Of a stretch of 55,876 bases of DNA, positions 10,888 through 22,699 are shown piece after piece. Location: positions 1 to 55,876 of the forward strand of contig CBDDTI010000581.1 of NCBI GenBank assembly GCA_965233585.1. Direction: 5' to 3'. The position numbers and the translations under genes are program-made. Source of the stretch: a bacterium (GTDB lineage: Bacteria; SAR324; NAC60-12). Every line of letters begins with the position of its first letter. Positions within the stretch are counted from its first letter, which is position 1. The notes below the pieces were generated by a model, which worked only from the letters and a program-made list of their open reading frames with translations, ran no database searches and was not told the origin of the DNA.

Positions 10888-11578
10888 TCACATTATCTTG
10901 TTGATTGGTTCTGCCACATTCTTTTCTGACTTTCCCATATCTCCAAAATGGACGGCGTGAAAGCCGTGATTGTATAAAGGATTATAACTGTTCTTATTGA
11001 CTGTTATATCCACGCCTCTGTCAAACATACTGACTGGGTCGCCTACTGCCCTGAACCTCGTGTTCTTACTGTCAGTGTTGTCATTAAAACTTACGGTTGG
11101 TGTTCCATAGGTTCTGGTGGTAAATCTTTTGTTATAGTCTTGGTTCAGTTTCATCGTTGTTGCTGAACCCAAGGAATGACTGACAATTGTATCAACATTA
11201 TCAATGTTGTTTCTGATGAAGTCGTTTGCGGTCTTATACCGCTTTGACCTATGAACCATATGAAAAGGAATGAGTGTGTCGTCGCGGAAAATCTTTCGTC
11301 CCCGCTATGTAAAGCGTTTTATTCTCTGGGTGGTGGTATAGTCCTAAATTTGTTCTGTTATTGTATGCCCTCTTTAGTCCCGTCTCGTCGTTGATGTTGC
11401 TGAACTCCTCCAAGTATTTGTTTCCCCGTTGTATCTCCTTACTGAATTTCTCCAACAATTCCTTTTGTTTGTTGTTGTGTTTTTTGTTGTATTCTTTACC
11501 GTCAATCTCTTCAAAGGGGTTTATTCTTTGTAGTCGTCCCTGTGTTTTCATATCATCCATCAACCTTTTTTGAAGCAT
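10888..11578 (-). pseudogene. Lipase / alpha-beta hydrolase, frameshifted
   Basis: LYIAGTKD in ORF 11249-11656; nucleophile elbow IVSHSLGS and GDPVS in ORF 10888-11259; split near 11260-11290. Confidence 0.78.
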
Positions 11579-11630
11579 ATATAATAATGTATAGAAAAAT
11601 ATAATTTCTAAAGTTATTATATCATAATAA

Positions 11631-12458
11631 ATGAGTAGATTTAAAAAGATATACATAGACAGCCACCACCGAACCCAGAACTCTAACAGTAGCAGTGATT
11701 TTGAAATCTATTTACCCGAAAGTCAAGAATGCGGGAACGACACCAAACTCTACATCCACGAAATCACCATACCGAATTCCATTTATCCAGTCTAAGCGGG
11801 GTTGAACAGCAACCTTTACTTAAGACTGACGGATTTTTCAAACACTACGGATGTTATAATTGAACTGTTGAGTGCTTCCTATGTAGGTGCTACATTGGCA
11901 TCAAACCTTCAAACAAAGATGAACGAAGCAACAAACGGGTTTCAAGCAAACAACGATTATTTCAGTGTATCTTACGACTATGACACCAACAAAATAACCA
12001 TCACTTTAAACTATGTGGATTTTTCGTTCAAGATAATGACCGACTATGAGATGGAGTATAACACCATCCAATGGACGGGAACATCTTATGACAGAAATAA
12101 CTTAAAATCCATCAATCAGGTTTTAGGAAACTACACCTCATCGTTGAACTATCCAGATTGGAAAAGCGGGTATTTGACATTATTAGCGTTGAGAAATTTA
12201 TACCTTACTTGTAGTGAATTGAGCGACGCTAAACAATTAGGTTCTACGGGTGCTTACAACATCGTTAAGAAAATCCCGATTAATGCCCCCTTCGGTTCAG
12301 TCATCTATGACAATGAAATCATCAGTGTTGATTACATCAATGTTTCAAATAGAGTGTTGAGAACACTACACTTCAAATTGGTCAATAGTTATGGTAATGT
12401 TGTTGATTTGAACAATGTGAATTGTTCATTCTCCCTGACCTTCATTGAGGACGATTGA
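11631..12458 (+). pseudogene. Minor capsid (penton) protein with premature stop
   Basis: ATG 11631 gives MSRFKKIYIDSHHRTQNSNSSSDFEIYLP, in frame with ORF 11802-12458 across TAA at 11793-11795; C-terminal LHFKLVNSYGNVVDLNNVNCSFSLTF resembles PLV mCPs. Confidence 0.8.
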
Positions 12459-13058
12459 TGTAAAAATTTCATTGATTAACTCACTGGGTATTCTATATAA
12501 TTCATCTTGACGATGTATTATGTAATCATTACCCCAGTCGCTCTTTTTGCCTGATGGCATCCGTTGGGCTGTTTCTTTATGTTTATTGTTGATGATGTTT
12601 CCACAATCTTTTTTACATAATGGTCTTGGTTTCCAACTGGTTAGGTTCGTCCATATCCTTGTCCTTTTTCTGTATGGAAAGCCGTATTTACAATAATCAA
12701 TGTCAAAGTAATCAAAGTCTTTCATAAAGTCCTGATGTTTCAACAATCCAGTCTGTGGGTTTTCTATGAACCATACTGATGGATTGAAGTATGTGATTAT
12801 TTCAATGGTCTCTTGAACGATGCTGTTGGCATAATCTATTTTTCTAACACCAGTGGTTTTGGCAATGCTATATTCAACACAAGGGGGAGAAGCCCCAATG
12901 ATTTGAAAATTGTTTCTGTTGAATTGTTTGTAATCCCAATTGAGTATGTCAGTGTTGATGTTGGCATCCTTCAAGTCCAACGAGACAACATCATAACCTA
13001 ACTCTTTGGCGACTTTGCCTACACTTCCCGTTCCAGAAAACAGTTCAAGTAATTTCAT
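12426..13058 (-). CDS. C5 cytosine DNA methyltransferase
   Basis: Motif I LELFSGTGS, motif IV SPPC, motif VI IENP, then DYCKYG..RKRT; intact. Confidence 0.92.
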   Translation of the reverse strand: MKLLELFSGTGSVGKVAKELGYDVVSLDLKDANINTDILNWDYKQFNRNNFQIIGASPPCVEYSIAKTTGVRKIDYANSIVQETIEIITYFNPSVWFIENPQTGLLKHQDFMKDFDYFDIDYCKYGFPYRKRTRIWTNLTSWKPRPLCKKDCGNIINNKHKETAQRMPSGKKSDWGNDYIIHRQDELYRIPSELINEIFTSIVLNEGQGE

Positions 13059-13088
13059 ATTATAAAACTATATATTTAAAATATGAAA

Positions 13089-13451
13089 CTATGACAGCAA
13101 CACATAGGAGTTGTTTGACGGGTCTTTATTGATTTGGTAGTATGCTAAAGTTTCTTCTTTGGGTTGTGTGATTTTACCCGATGTAATCCACTCAAAGTAT
13201 TGTTTCCTTTTATCTTCCCACGAACCGACGGGTCTGCCTATCTGCTTCTTTTCAAAGGCTTTGTTTATTCTTTCTTTGTCTTTGTCGTTGGTATTTTCTT
13301 TGTTCTCTTCCTTCTTGTTGTTCAGGTTATATTCTATGTTCTTAACAGTGTTCATTATGGTTATGAGGTTCTTATTCATTTTGCTCACCTTGTTCTTCAG
13401 TTCTTCCAGTTCTGATTGCTTTACGGGGTCATCGCTCTCAACATCCACCAT
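13089..13451 (-). CDS. PLV hypothetical protein (coiled coil, GRP motif)
   Basis: ATG ORF; no domain recognised. Confidence 0.6.
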   Translation of the reverse strand: MVDVESDDPVKQSELEELKNKVSKMNKNLITIMNTVKNIEYNLNNKKEENKENTNDKDKERINKAFEKKQIGRPVGSWEDKRKQYFEWITSGKITQPKEETLAYYQINKDPSNNSYVLLS

Positions 13452-13569
13452 ACTATTATATATTTATATATATATAATTATTTATTTAGATATATATTTA
13501 TTTAGATATTTATTTATCAATTTGCTTTCACGCAAAATCTACTCTTTTCACCATTTTGTGAGAAACTTT

Positions 13570-14001
13570 TTAATCCATATCATTCATTGACTTTCTACCG
13601 CTACTTCTTGGAGTGCTTATTACATCGCTTATCATCTTTTTCGTGCTCTCTACTTTCTTATCTTCGGGTGTGATTTGTCTGTTCCAACTGAACGAGATAC
13701 TGTGGTCTTCGCTGTCCAACTTTATATCCCCGTTGTCATCTCTACTTACATTCATCGTTTTGTCATTTTTGGTAATTTTGAAGGAGCAAGGATTACAAGA
13801 ACACTTTATGCCCTTCGGGTTGATAAGAATTTCGTTTCTCAATTGTAATTTACCCCTACAAATGGGACAATCAAAGGTAATGAATTTACTTGACAGTTTT
13901 TGTTCCTCGTTCAGATTGACAACAGCGGGTTCTTCATCTGAAAGTTCAAAATCCTCGGGGATTGGTTGTTTTTTGATTGTGTTAGTTTTCTTTTTCGGCA
14001 T
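13570..14001 (-). CDS. PLV hypothetical protein with possible Zn ribbon
   Basis: CPIC ... CSCNPC. Confidence 0.6.
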   Translation of the reverse strand: MPKKKTNTIKKQPIPEDFELSDEEPAVVNLNEEQKLSSKFITFDCPICRGKLQLRNEILINPKGIKCSCNPCSFKITKNDKTMNVSRDDNGDIKLDSEDHSISFSWNRQITPEDKKVESTKKMISDVISTPRSSGRKSMNDMD

Positions 14002-14481
14002 CTATTTTATATTTGAGAAAATTTTAAACAATTTTAATTAGTTCCAATGTGTGCTTACAACATCTTTTCACCCTGTTGTCGGTGATGACTGGATACTTCG
14101 TGTCATCAACAATCCTATTTTCAATCTCACCTATTGTATCAATGTAGGTTTCATACTCGTTCATCCTGATTATATGTAATTAGAAAATATCATCAACATA
14201 CATTCTAATTATACTATACAGGACTTTTCTTTTGCGACACGAAGATTTCTACTGGGGTGGGTAGAACGAAAATGTCGGGGTGTAATCAAAAGCAAAGCAC
14301 AAACGAATTCATCTTCTATTGCTTCGTTTTGTCAGTCAAAGGGACGCAGAGTTCAAAACTAATTAACGTCTTATGCGGACTGAAAAGCAACTGTCCCATT
14401 TTCACCCGACGCCCTTTCAAGGTAAAAAAGGTTTCCTTTTGAATATTTTATATCAGAAATTTATTTCTAAATACTTTTAAT

Positions 14482-15230
14482 ATGATAAATATAAAGCCTT
14501 ACAAACATAAAGAATATATAATTGTAAGCAGTCATCCTACGGGTATATGGTTTGTCTTCCAGCAAGGATTTTACTGAACGCTCCGTCGGGAACGGGTAAA
14601 ACGGTTGCTTTGACAAACTTGGTGTTGGACATCTACAAGGGTTGCTTTGAGAAAATCTACATTTTTTCGCCAACCATCTTCATTGATGACAACTGGACGG
14701 TTGTGAAAAAATACATTGACAAAGAAATGGACATCAAACACACGGATGAAGACCCCATTTACTTTGACACCTTTGAGGAGAAGGACTTGAAGAACGTGAT
14801 AGACACGCAGGAAGGAATAATAAAGTATATGAAGGAGAAGGATTACAAACACCTATACAACATCTGTATCATCATAGACGACTGGGCTGACAACGAAAAG
14901 GTTGTCAGGAAGAACAAGGAGTTAATCAAACTCTTCACCAAAGGTAGGCATTGGTATATCTCAACTTTTATCACATCACAATCCTACACACAAATATCGC
15001 CAGTCGTTAGGAAGAATGCCACCCAACTTTTCATCTTCAGGCTTCGTAATCAAAAAGATTTAGATGCCATTTTGGAAGAATTGAGCGGGTTGTATGACAA
15101 GAAAACTTTAGACAAGATATACCGAGTTGCCACGAATGACAGGCACGGTTTTTTATACATAGATTTGATGGAAAGCGACAAGAAGAAAATGTTTTACAAA
15201 AACCTCAATCAAAGAATTCAAGTGGAATGA
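14482..15230 (+). CDS. A32/FtsK-HerA type DNA packaging ATPase (5' end probably frameshifted)
   Basis: Walker A APSGTGKT, Walker B IIIDD, KGRH, SQ, VRKN in ORF 14547-15230. Upstream ATG at 14482 (MINIKPYKHKEY) is out of frame across an AT run. Confidence 0.93.
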
Positions 15231-15262
15231 TGCTACAAAATTATTTTATCATCTAATAATAT

Positions 15263-17529
15263 ATGGCAAATTATTATAATATAAATAGGAGCGTGGAGGC
15301 ATACGAGTTTAGAACAATAGACCCAAATAACGGACAGTTAAGGAACATCCTTGACATCGCAGGAAGTGGTGGTGGAGGAGGTGGTAGTGTTGATTTAACC
15401 AATTACTATACAAAAGCGGAAACAAACAATCTTTTCACCCCTTATTATGATAGTGGTGAAGTTGATGGTTTATTCACAAGTTATTACACAAAAGTTGAGA
15501 CCGATGGTTTATTCACCCCTTACTATACAAAAGTTGAAACCGATGGTTTATTCACCCCTTACTATACAAGAGTTGAAACCGACGGTTTATTTACCCCTTA
15601 CTATACACAGACTGAAACCGATGGTTTATTAAACAATAAATTGAATGTCAGCAATCCCGAAATAACAGGCGTTTTGAAGAGCAATGACTTTGATAGTAAA
15701 AACAGTCTGTCTAACATAGTGTTTAAACATAACAATGCTATTTATTTGGAATATGATTATGATTACGATACTAACGGTGGTTTAGTTTTAGGAAAACCAT
15801 TGGCATTAGCATCAAGTTTAGATATACCATTGAATAGTAAATTACTTTTTCAACATACCGACAGTTATATAAATGAAACTTTAAACGCTGGAAACTTTTT
15901 GAATTTTGTAATGAAAGAACAGACAGGTCAAATTGACTTTTATGTAGGCGACCCCGCTACTGCTTCTAATTTAGTTATGACATTAGCAAATGATTTAATC
16001 ACATTTCATAAAACAACATCACCCGCTATTGGAGGTGGTGGTGTTGATGACACTAATTTAGTAAAATATACAGGTGAAACATTACAAACAATAGAAGGCG
16101 ATTTAGTTTTATGTGGCGGTGTTCAATTTGGAAGTTTTGACTTAACGGTTAATGGTTCTGCTTATTATAATTCAACCATAGAATTTCCATTAGGAGGTTC
16201 AATTGTTTTAGGAACTGGTAAAGGTTATATCCGTTCTATCAATATAGGAAGTGGTAATCCTGATTTGATTATTGTATTTTTGCTTCTGGTGGAATACATC
16301 GGTTTTATGTTGGTGGTCGTCCGTTTCCTCAACACTTAAAATTTCAATTGTCATTAACACAGGCATATTTTAATGTTAATGTCGTGTGCCATACTGAATT
16401 ACAAACCGATGTCATCAATACAAAAAACGCTACTGATGTTGATTTAGTCTTCAAAAGAGGCGATGTTGCATATATGAAGTTTGAAGGAACGCTACAAGCA
16501 GTGGAACTAACAAAAGGTGCTAAAGCAAACACTTATGATAGTATAGGTAATGCTGATGTTAAATTTAGAAGGAACACAATAGACTTTATGTATTTTAGAA
16601 ACGGTAATGTAGAAGTAAATACGGGTATATCATTACTTGCTGAAAGTGCTAAATTTGATGTAATTGATAGTGCCACACCTACCGATGTAGTCTTTAAAAG
16701 AGGTGGTGTAAATTTCTTTACATTAGATGGTGCTAACAGTATTATTAATGTTTCAACAGGTAGGGCGTTGTCATCTCAATATATTTATGGAGATTATTTT
16801 TACAATAGAAATTATGGTGCTGATATGGTTTTTCAAGGTAGTAATACAACAGATGACGGTTTAGTAGAATATATGAGATACAGAAAAGCAACTGAAGATG
16901 TTAATTTTTCAAAAGACGTATATGTCAATCAAGACAAAAAGGCATATTTTCATAAAGAAACAAGCAAGAATAGTTATATAGTTAATGAAAATACCGCAGG
17001 TGTTAATCATTTCAAGTTAATCAATGAAGACCCTAACGGGGACATAAGATTTTATGCTAATAGCAGTATAAGACTTTTTATTACACCATCAAAAGTTTCT
17101 GTTCCAGCACCTTATACATTAGAGGGAGACCTTGTAGATACATCACAAAAAGATAAGAAATATGATATTGAAGAAGCAAATTTCAATTTTACAAAAATAG
17201 TAAATAGCATTAAACCTCATACTTTCAAAATGAAAGAAGAAAAAGAAATGGGAATAACTAAAAGTCATATAGGTTTTATAGCAGAGGAGGTAGAAGAAAA
17301 TATACCAGAAAAAGTTGAAAATATACTCGTTGAAGTTGATGGTATTAAGAAATTAAGTTATATTAAAATGGGAAGTATCACTTGGGGAGCAGTCAGAGAA
17401 ATAATCAAAGAAAATGAAGACTTGAAAAACAAAGTTGAGCATTTAGAAACCCGCTTATTTGAAGTTGAAAACTTCATCAAAGATTTTGTCAAGCCTAAAG
17501 CAAAGGCGAAATCCAAATCAAAGAATTAA
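15263..17529 (+). pseudogene. Fibre-like protein with C-terminal S74 intramolecular chaperone, one frameshift near 16262
   Basis: N-terminal YYTKxETDGL repeats, beta-rich body, C-terminal SQKDKKYDI...IKPHTFK...HIGFIAEEVEENIPE plus coiled coil. The duplicate copy (41210 onward) reads through the frameshift. Confidence 0.82.
15403..15630 (+). repeat. 39-bp coding tandem repeat (~6 units, YYTKVETDGLFTP)
   Basis: Visible in DNA and protein. Confidence 0.9.
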
Positions 17530-17552
17530 AAATCTAAAATCATATATACACA

Positions 17553-17759
17553 ATGGGCAATTCAAACAGCAGTGTTGAAAACGACTACCTTGAACAAATC
17601 AAAAAGATAGACGAAGACGAAAAGACCCGAACAGATGTTTTACTCATCAAGAGCGTAAAAGAGTTGGTGGGAAGAGTGGAGAAACTGGAAAAGGAGAAAC
17701 AAAACAAACTGATATATCAACTACCGAAACTACAACTCTGTAATTGGAGTTTGATATGA
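17553..17759 (+). CDS. Small protein with possible N-myristoylation site
   Basis: Starts MGNSNSS (MGxxxS); conserved in the duplicate at 42672-42878. Confidence 0.6.
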   Translation: MGNSNSSVENDYLEQIKKIDEDEKTRTDVLLIKSVKELVGRVEKLEKEKQNKLIYQLPKLQLCNWSLI

Positions 17760-17791
17760 ACAATTGATAATATTATTGTTAAATAATATTA

Positions 17792-20700
17792 TTAATTGGA
17801 TAATGAGTAGTGCCCATAGGGCAGACTGTCAGTATCGTTGAACCAATACCTTTTGTTGTCATAAGATGTTAAACCGACCTTGCTTTGGTTTATACTGTAG
17901 ATTTGGTGGTTCTTACTTCTGATGGCATTGAAATTTACATTCTTTGGTATGTGTTCGTGGAGTGTTGCCTCATAGTCTTTCATATCTAAATCCCTTTTGA
18001 CTTTCAGTTTTGGAACACCCTTTGCTTTCTTTTCTGCTTTCTGTTCGTTGAAGACTTTTAGACAATACATTTTAGGACGTAAAGCAATGAAGTTTGTGAT
18101 GATTTTTCCATCCATCTCGTCCTTGAACTTGCCAAGGACTTTTTTATTAGTGGCATCATAGCAAGGGTGGTTCTTATCATAACCGCTGAAGTCCATATAA
18201 TCCTTTATTCCTTTCCAATCTTCATAGATGTCTTCGGTGAAAGTTTGTATAACATAACTGTCGGTGTCAGTATATATCAGTCTTACATCATCCTTATACT
18301 TTGCTTTTAAGACATCATAGTAGAAAGAATACATATGAACCTTTGAAAGGTCTAAAATTAACATTCCCAAATAGATAGGTTTATCCAACTTCAATACAGT
18401 TTTTGTTTTTCCCACTCCTGCCAGTTCTTCATTTATAATATGACATCCTTTGTAGTTAGGATTGTTGATACATTTTTGTATCCTCTCCTGCGTTGATACT
18501 AATTCAAAGTCAATGTGGTTTCTGACATTCTCCATCGTTTTGCCATAAACGGCGTTGTTCATCAATTTGAACATATCCTTCTCAAAGTCGCTCTTCGCTA
18601 CTTTTCTTTTTTCAGTGTTAAAATCTATCCAAGGTTTCAACCAACATCTCTGTTTGAACTTCACCCCACGATGAACTTGTTTGATTTTCATACCCTTTTG
18701 AAGGTAAAACTGTAATGCCTTGATATGGACTACATAGTTGGGTTTATCCATTTGGTTTAGGATAAGTTTTGGTTGTTTCTCATCCCGTGCCTCCTTGCCA
18801 TTATAGTAATTTCTATGTAGTTCCCTTTGGTGCTTTGAAAGTAGTTTCTCTTCAACCTTCATATTTTCAGGTGCTAATGGGTAATCCGCTTGTTCGTCCT
18901 GTATCTCCTTTGGATACTCTAAATCAACTTCCAGTATGTAGGCATTGTCATCGTTTTCATTCCAGTCCATTATCATCTTTTCTGTCAGTATCTTCTTTAT
19001 CCACTTCAGTTTTCCTATGGGCAGTTTCATTGACATTGCCAGTCCATAGAGGTTATTAGCATCTAAATAATTGATATAATTAGATGGTCTGTTTTTATCA
19101 GTCGTCCATCATATACTTATTATTTGCTTTTGCTTCCTTATGACTTACTTGACACATACCACCTCTCAAACCCTTCTCAATCATCTCATACATCTCTTGG
19201 TCAGTTAAAGGGTCTATTTCAACACCAGTTTTTAGAAGCATAGCGTCCCAAGCAAAGTTAGGAAGGGTGAAATAATGTGCTGGGTCTAAACCGTAGTATT
19301 CCAAACAAAGGTCTCTAAAATTTTCAAAGACATCAGTGAGTAAAAGAACATCGGTTCTCAAATACAAGTCGTGGTATTGACCAAGATTTCTTATACCGAA
19401 GTGTTCCCATATCCTTTGTGCCCTTTCATACTCATCATCTTCAATATGACTTTCGGTAAGATTGCTGTAAAAACTTTCTTTTGGTGGTAGTTGTTTTTCC
19501 CTAAATTTGTCAAATGAAGTGAAGTAATCATAAGGATAAACACCTTTATCAGTTAGTAAATCTAAATCCTCATCATTACTCACATAAGGGTTTCTTTTGC
19601 TAAATTTGAAGTTGTTTTGCCAGTTTTGTTTCTTCTCTCCGTCTTCATACTTACTCAACTTCACCAACTTATGAAAGAAAAACTGTCTTTGAAACAAAGA
19701 TTTTAAATGCGAATGTTATGAACTTCTCACTATTCTGTGCTATTACATCTATCTTACCCCTTTCTGATAGTTTATTTGCCCTCTCAATGATTAAATGACT
19801 GTCATAGTTCTTGAGGTTATGAAGGAAAACGGGGATTTTATAATATCTCATTGAAAACTGTAAATTACAATCATCGTGGGCACAACCCCTATACTTACCT
19901 GTAAAATGACAATGGTCTCTAACCTTTTTATCACCTTCTTTGAAGTCTTTACCACATATAAAGCATTTCTTTGCGGTTTTAAAGTCCCTCCAGTCATCTG
20001 CCCTCATAATGATTTCCTTGTTTTCCTTCATTTTTTCCATTATCTCATTTTTGACTTCAATAATCTTTTGGATAAAAACATCCATACAATCCTCCCCTCT
20101 GTGAAGGAAAGGCTTTGATGAACCATCAATTGAATTGACAACATTTATCATAAAACCGTAGGGTCTGTGATGTTGGTATTTATCAGTCTTAACTTCTTTA
20201 GTTGAAACTGTCCCCGTCCTTGTGGTTAAACATTCAAAGTCAGCATAGATGACAAAAGGTGCTTTCAACTTTTTATAGTGGTTCTTGAAAACCATAATGT
20301 CGTCTTCATTAGGCATTTCTATCTGTTGCCCTTCAACTGCCATACATCCCTTTTCATTGTGTTCATCTAAAAGTTCCTGTGATTGAAAACCCGTGTCGGC
20401 AGTGAAAACAATGATAAACTTTTGCTTTGTGTTTGTTGGTTTGGCATCCTATCAACTTGTCATAATCTTTGATGAATACATAATGGTAATCATCCCCATC
20501 CTCCAGTTTCAGAAGACTGATTTGATGAGTTGCTCTTTGAACCTTGGTCTGTCTGTAAAGTAGGATGTATTGTTTCCATTCTTCGGGGTCAATAAAATAA
20601 ACATTGACTGCTACTTTCCCTCCATTGTTTTCTTCAAATGTATCTATATCAACATCTGATGACGGAAAATTGACATTATCCCACTTCAACTCATCATTGA

Positions 20701-21688
20701 GATTTTTGTAGTGAGAAACTCTTTCGGGATGGTCTTTTTCATAAACCTTTCATATACCGCATTGAACGGAATACTTGAAACATAGTTCATCTTGATTTTT
20801 GATGTTGATACACGCTTTTTTGTTTGAAACCCATTTAGGTAATGGAATGAACTTACCCCCACGAGTTGGATTGTATTTGTCATAGTTAAACTTTATTTTG
20901 TCAATCTGGGTTATGACTAATCCACTCTCCGACATTTCCATCACCTCCGCTTGGTGCTCTACATCACTTGCCATCTGGCTCAATACGTTAGGTATTTCAC
21001 CTTCGTTGGTGATGTTGTATCTTCTACTCTTGATGACTTGTCTTACATCTTCGTTGGTCTTTTTGCTCTTCAAAGTGGCGAAGACTTATAGCATAACCTT
21101 CATTCCATTATGTTTCCTCAAATACTCTTTTAACCTCAAACCTTGGTATTTTAGATATTGTAGTGCTTTGATGCCTCTTACCCTGATGTTTGTGATGGCA
21201 TATGAATTGGCATAACCTTTGAAAGCAGACTGTTCGTTGGTGGTGGTTGCTTTGTATCTCATTTGAATACCTGTGAGTGCTTTGTTCTTGTCAAGATTGA
21301 CCCACCTAATGCCTTTCTTTTCCTTCAGTTCATACTTTTTGTAGTCCATAGTCTGCTTAATCTTGTTGAATTTTGTTATTAACCTCTTTGATATGGGTTT
21401 GCCCCTTTCAAAGTTGCAGGTCTTGTCTCCAATCTTGAGTTTCTTGAGTTCCTGTCCATTCCGTTTCAATATCTCACCCTGTTCGGATGATAAAAGATAA
21501 TCTAAAACAATCTGCTGTGAAGTGTCCATTATAGTATAATCTATATCATTATAATCTTCTGTTTCTTTAAGTAGTTTTTCAGTTTCCATTGTTTGTTGAG
21601 GATGTTGCGGTTGATTGGATTGGTTGTCAGATTGATTTTCAAAATAAAAATTTTCTGTTGAATGTTTCAACCTTGTATCCTCTGCCAT
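17792..21688 (-). pseudogene. Protein-primed family B DNA polymerase (pPolB), multiply frameshifted
   Basis: Exo motifs VIYADFEC, HNLKNYD, YLRTDV; Pol motifs YLDANNLYG, KLMNNAVYGK, YTDTDS; Zn insert VRDHCHFTGKYRGCAH. Spread over at least six ORF pieces; true start may be ATG 21529. Confidence 0.95.
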
Positions 21689-21830
21689 TTTCTCCTTAAA
21701 ATATGAAGTAATATATAGTTATTTTTTTAAGCAATTGTGGGTTCTCGTTCACTTTTTGGGTCATTGGGTTCTGGGTTGAAGTCCAACGTGAGAACACCAG
21801 AATTGAATTTGGGAAAAATGGTTTAAAGAA

Positions 21831-22343
21831 ATGGCAACTTATGGTAAATATAGGTGTAAATATAGGTATGAAAACGGAGATTTAGAAAATAACACTGGAC
21901 ACAACAAAGCCTATGTAGGGAGCACTTGCGAAAGTTTGAGTAAAAGAATTGAGAGGCATAGAGCAAAATACAGTTCTTACAAAACAGGAAAAACAAATAA
22001 GAATGTGTCAGCGATTGAAATATTTGATGAGTTTGGTATTGAAGATTGTAAGATTGAGTTGATTGAAAACTATCCCTGCAATTGTAAGGAAGAACTATTG
22101 AGACGAGAAGGGCACTACATCAAAAGCATTGATTGTGTCAATAATGTCATTCCACATAGGATGGAAGAAGAGAGAAAGGAGGTGGCGCGGGAATACTACT
22201 ACAAAAATAAAGAAAAGATATTAGAGAAACACCTTGAAAAAATGGAATGTCCTTTTTGTAAGCATGTAATGTCTCAATACTATGTTCCAATACATCAAGG
22301 GTCAAAAAACTGTGTCAAACAGACGAAAATGAATAGTGAATAA
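21831..22343 (+). pseudogene. GIY-YIG endonuclease, degenerate at N-terminus
   Basis: YVGST..LSKR..H, IELIENYPC, EELLRREGHYI, VN. The first motif reads ENGKI*KI in the duplicate copy and is indel-disrupted here. Confidence 0.8.
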
Positions 22344-22369
22344 AACGTTCTCAATAAACAGAATCGTTG

Positions 22370-22699
22370 TTATTGAGAAGGTTTCGGATTTAAACAGTGG
22401 GTTTGTTTGCTCATACATCTTTTGGTTTGACGGTGTTTTGAAAGATTGGATTTACTACTGATTACCTGTCCGCAGTCTGGGCATTGGAAGGGTTTTGATA
22501 GTTTCTTCTGATAGCATTTTGAAAAATAGTCTGGGTCTAATGGTTTCTTGTCATAATTTCCGTCAGGTTTCCATCGTGTGGTTGCTTGGGCTGGTGGGTT
22601 GTGGGGGTTGTTGGATTGGTGGAGTGCTTCAACCATTTGGTCAAAGACGTCTTCGTCCATTTTTTGCTTCTTTCCATCAATTACCATATAGCCGGGCAT
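22370..22699 (-). CDS. C2H2-type zinc finger protein
   Basis: CPDCGQVISSKSNLSKHRQTKRC. Confidence 0.75.
   Translation of the reverse strand: MPGYMVIDGKKQKMDEDVFDQMVEALHQSNNPHNPPAQATTRWKPDGNYDKKPLDPDYFSKCYQKKLSKPFQCPDCGQVISSKSNLSKHRQTKRCMSKQTHCLNPKPSQ

Noticed and set aside
17792..21688. Programmed frameshifting, recoding or introns to explain the split pPolB
   Set aside because: Several breaks are private to one copy and no splice or slippery signals are consistent; decay or sequencing error is simpler.
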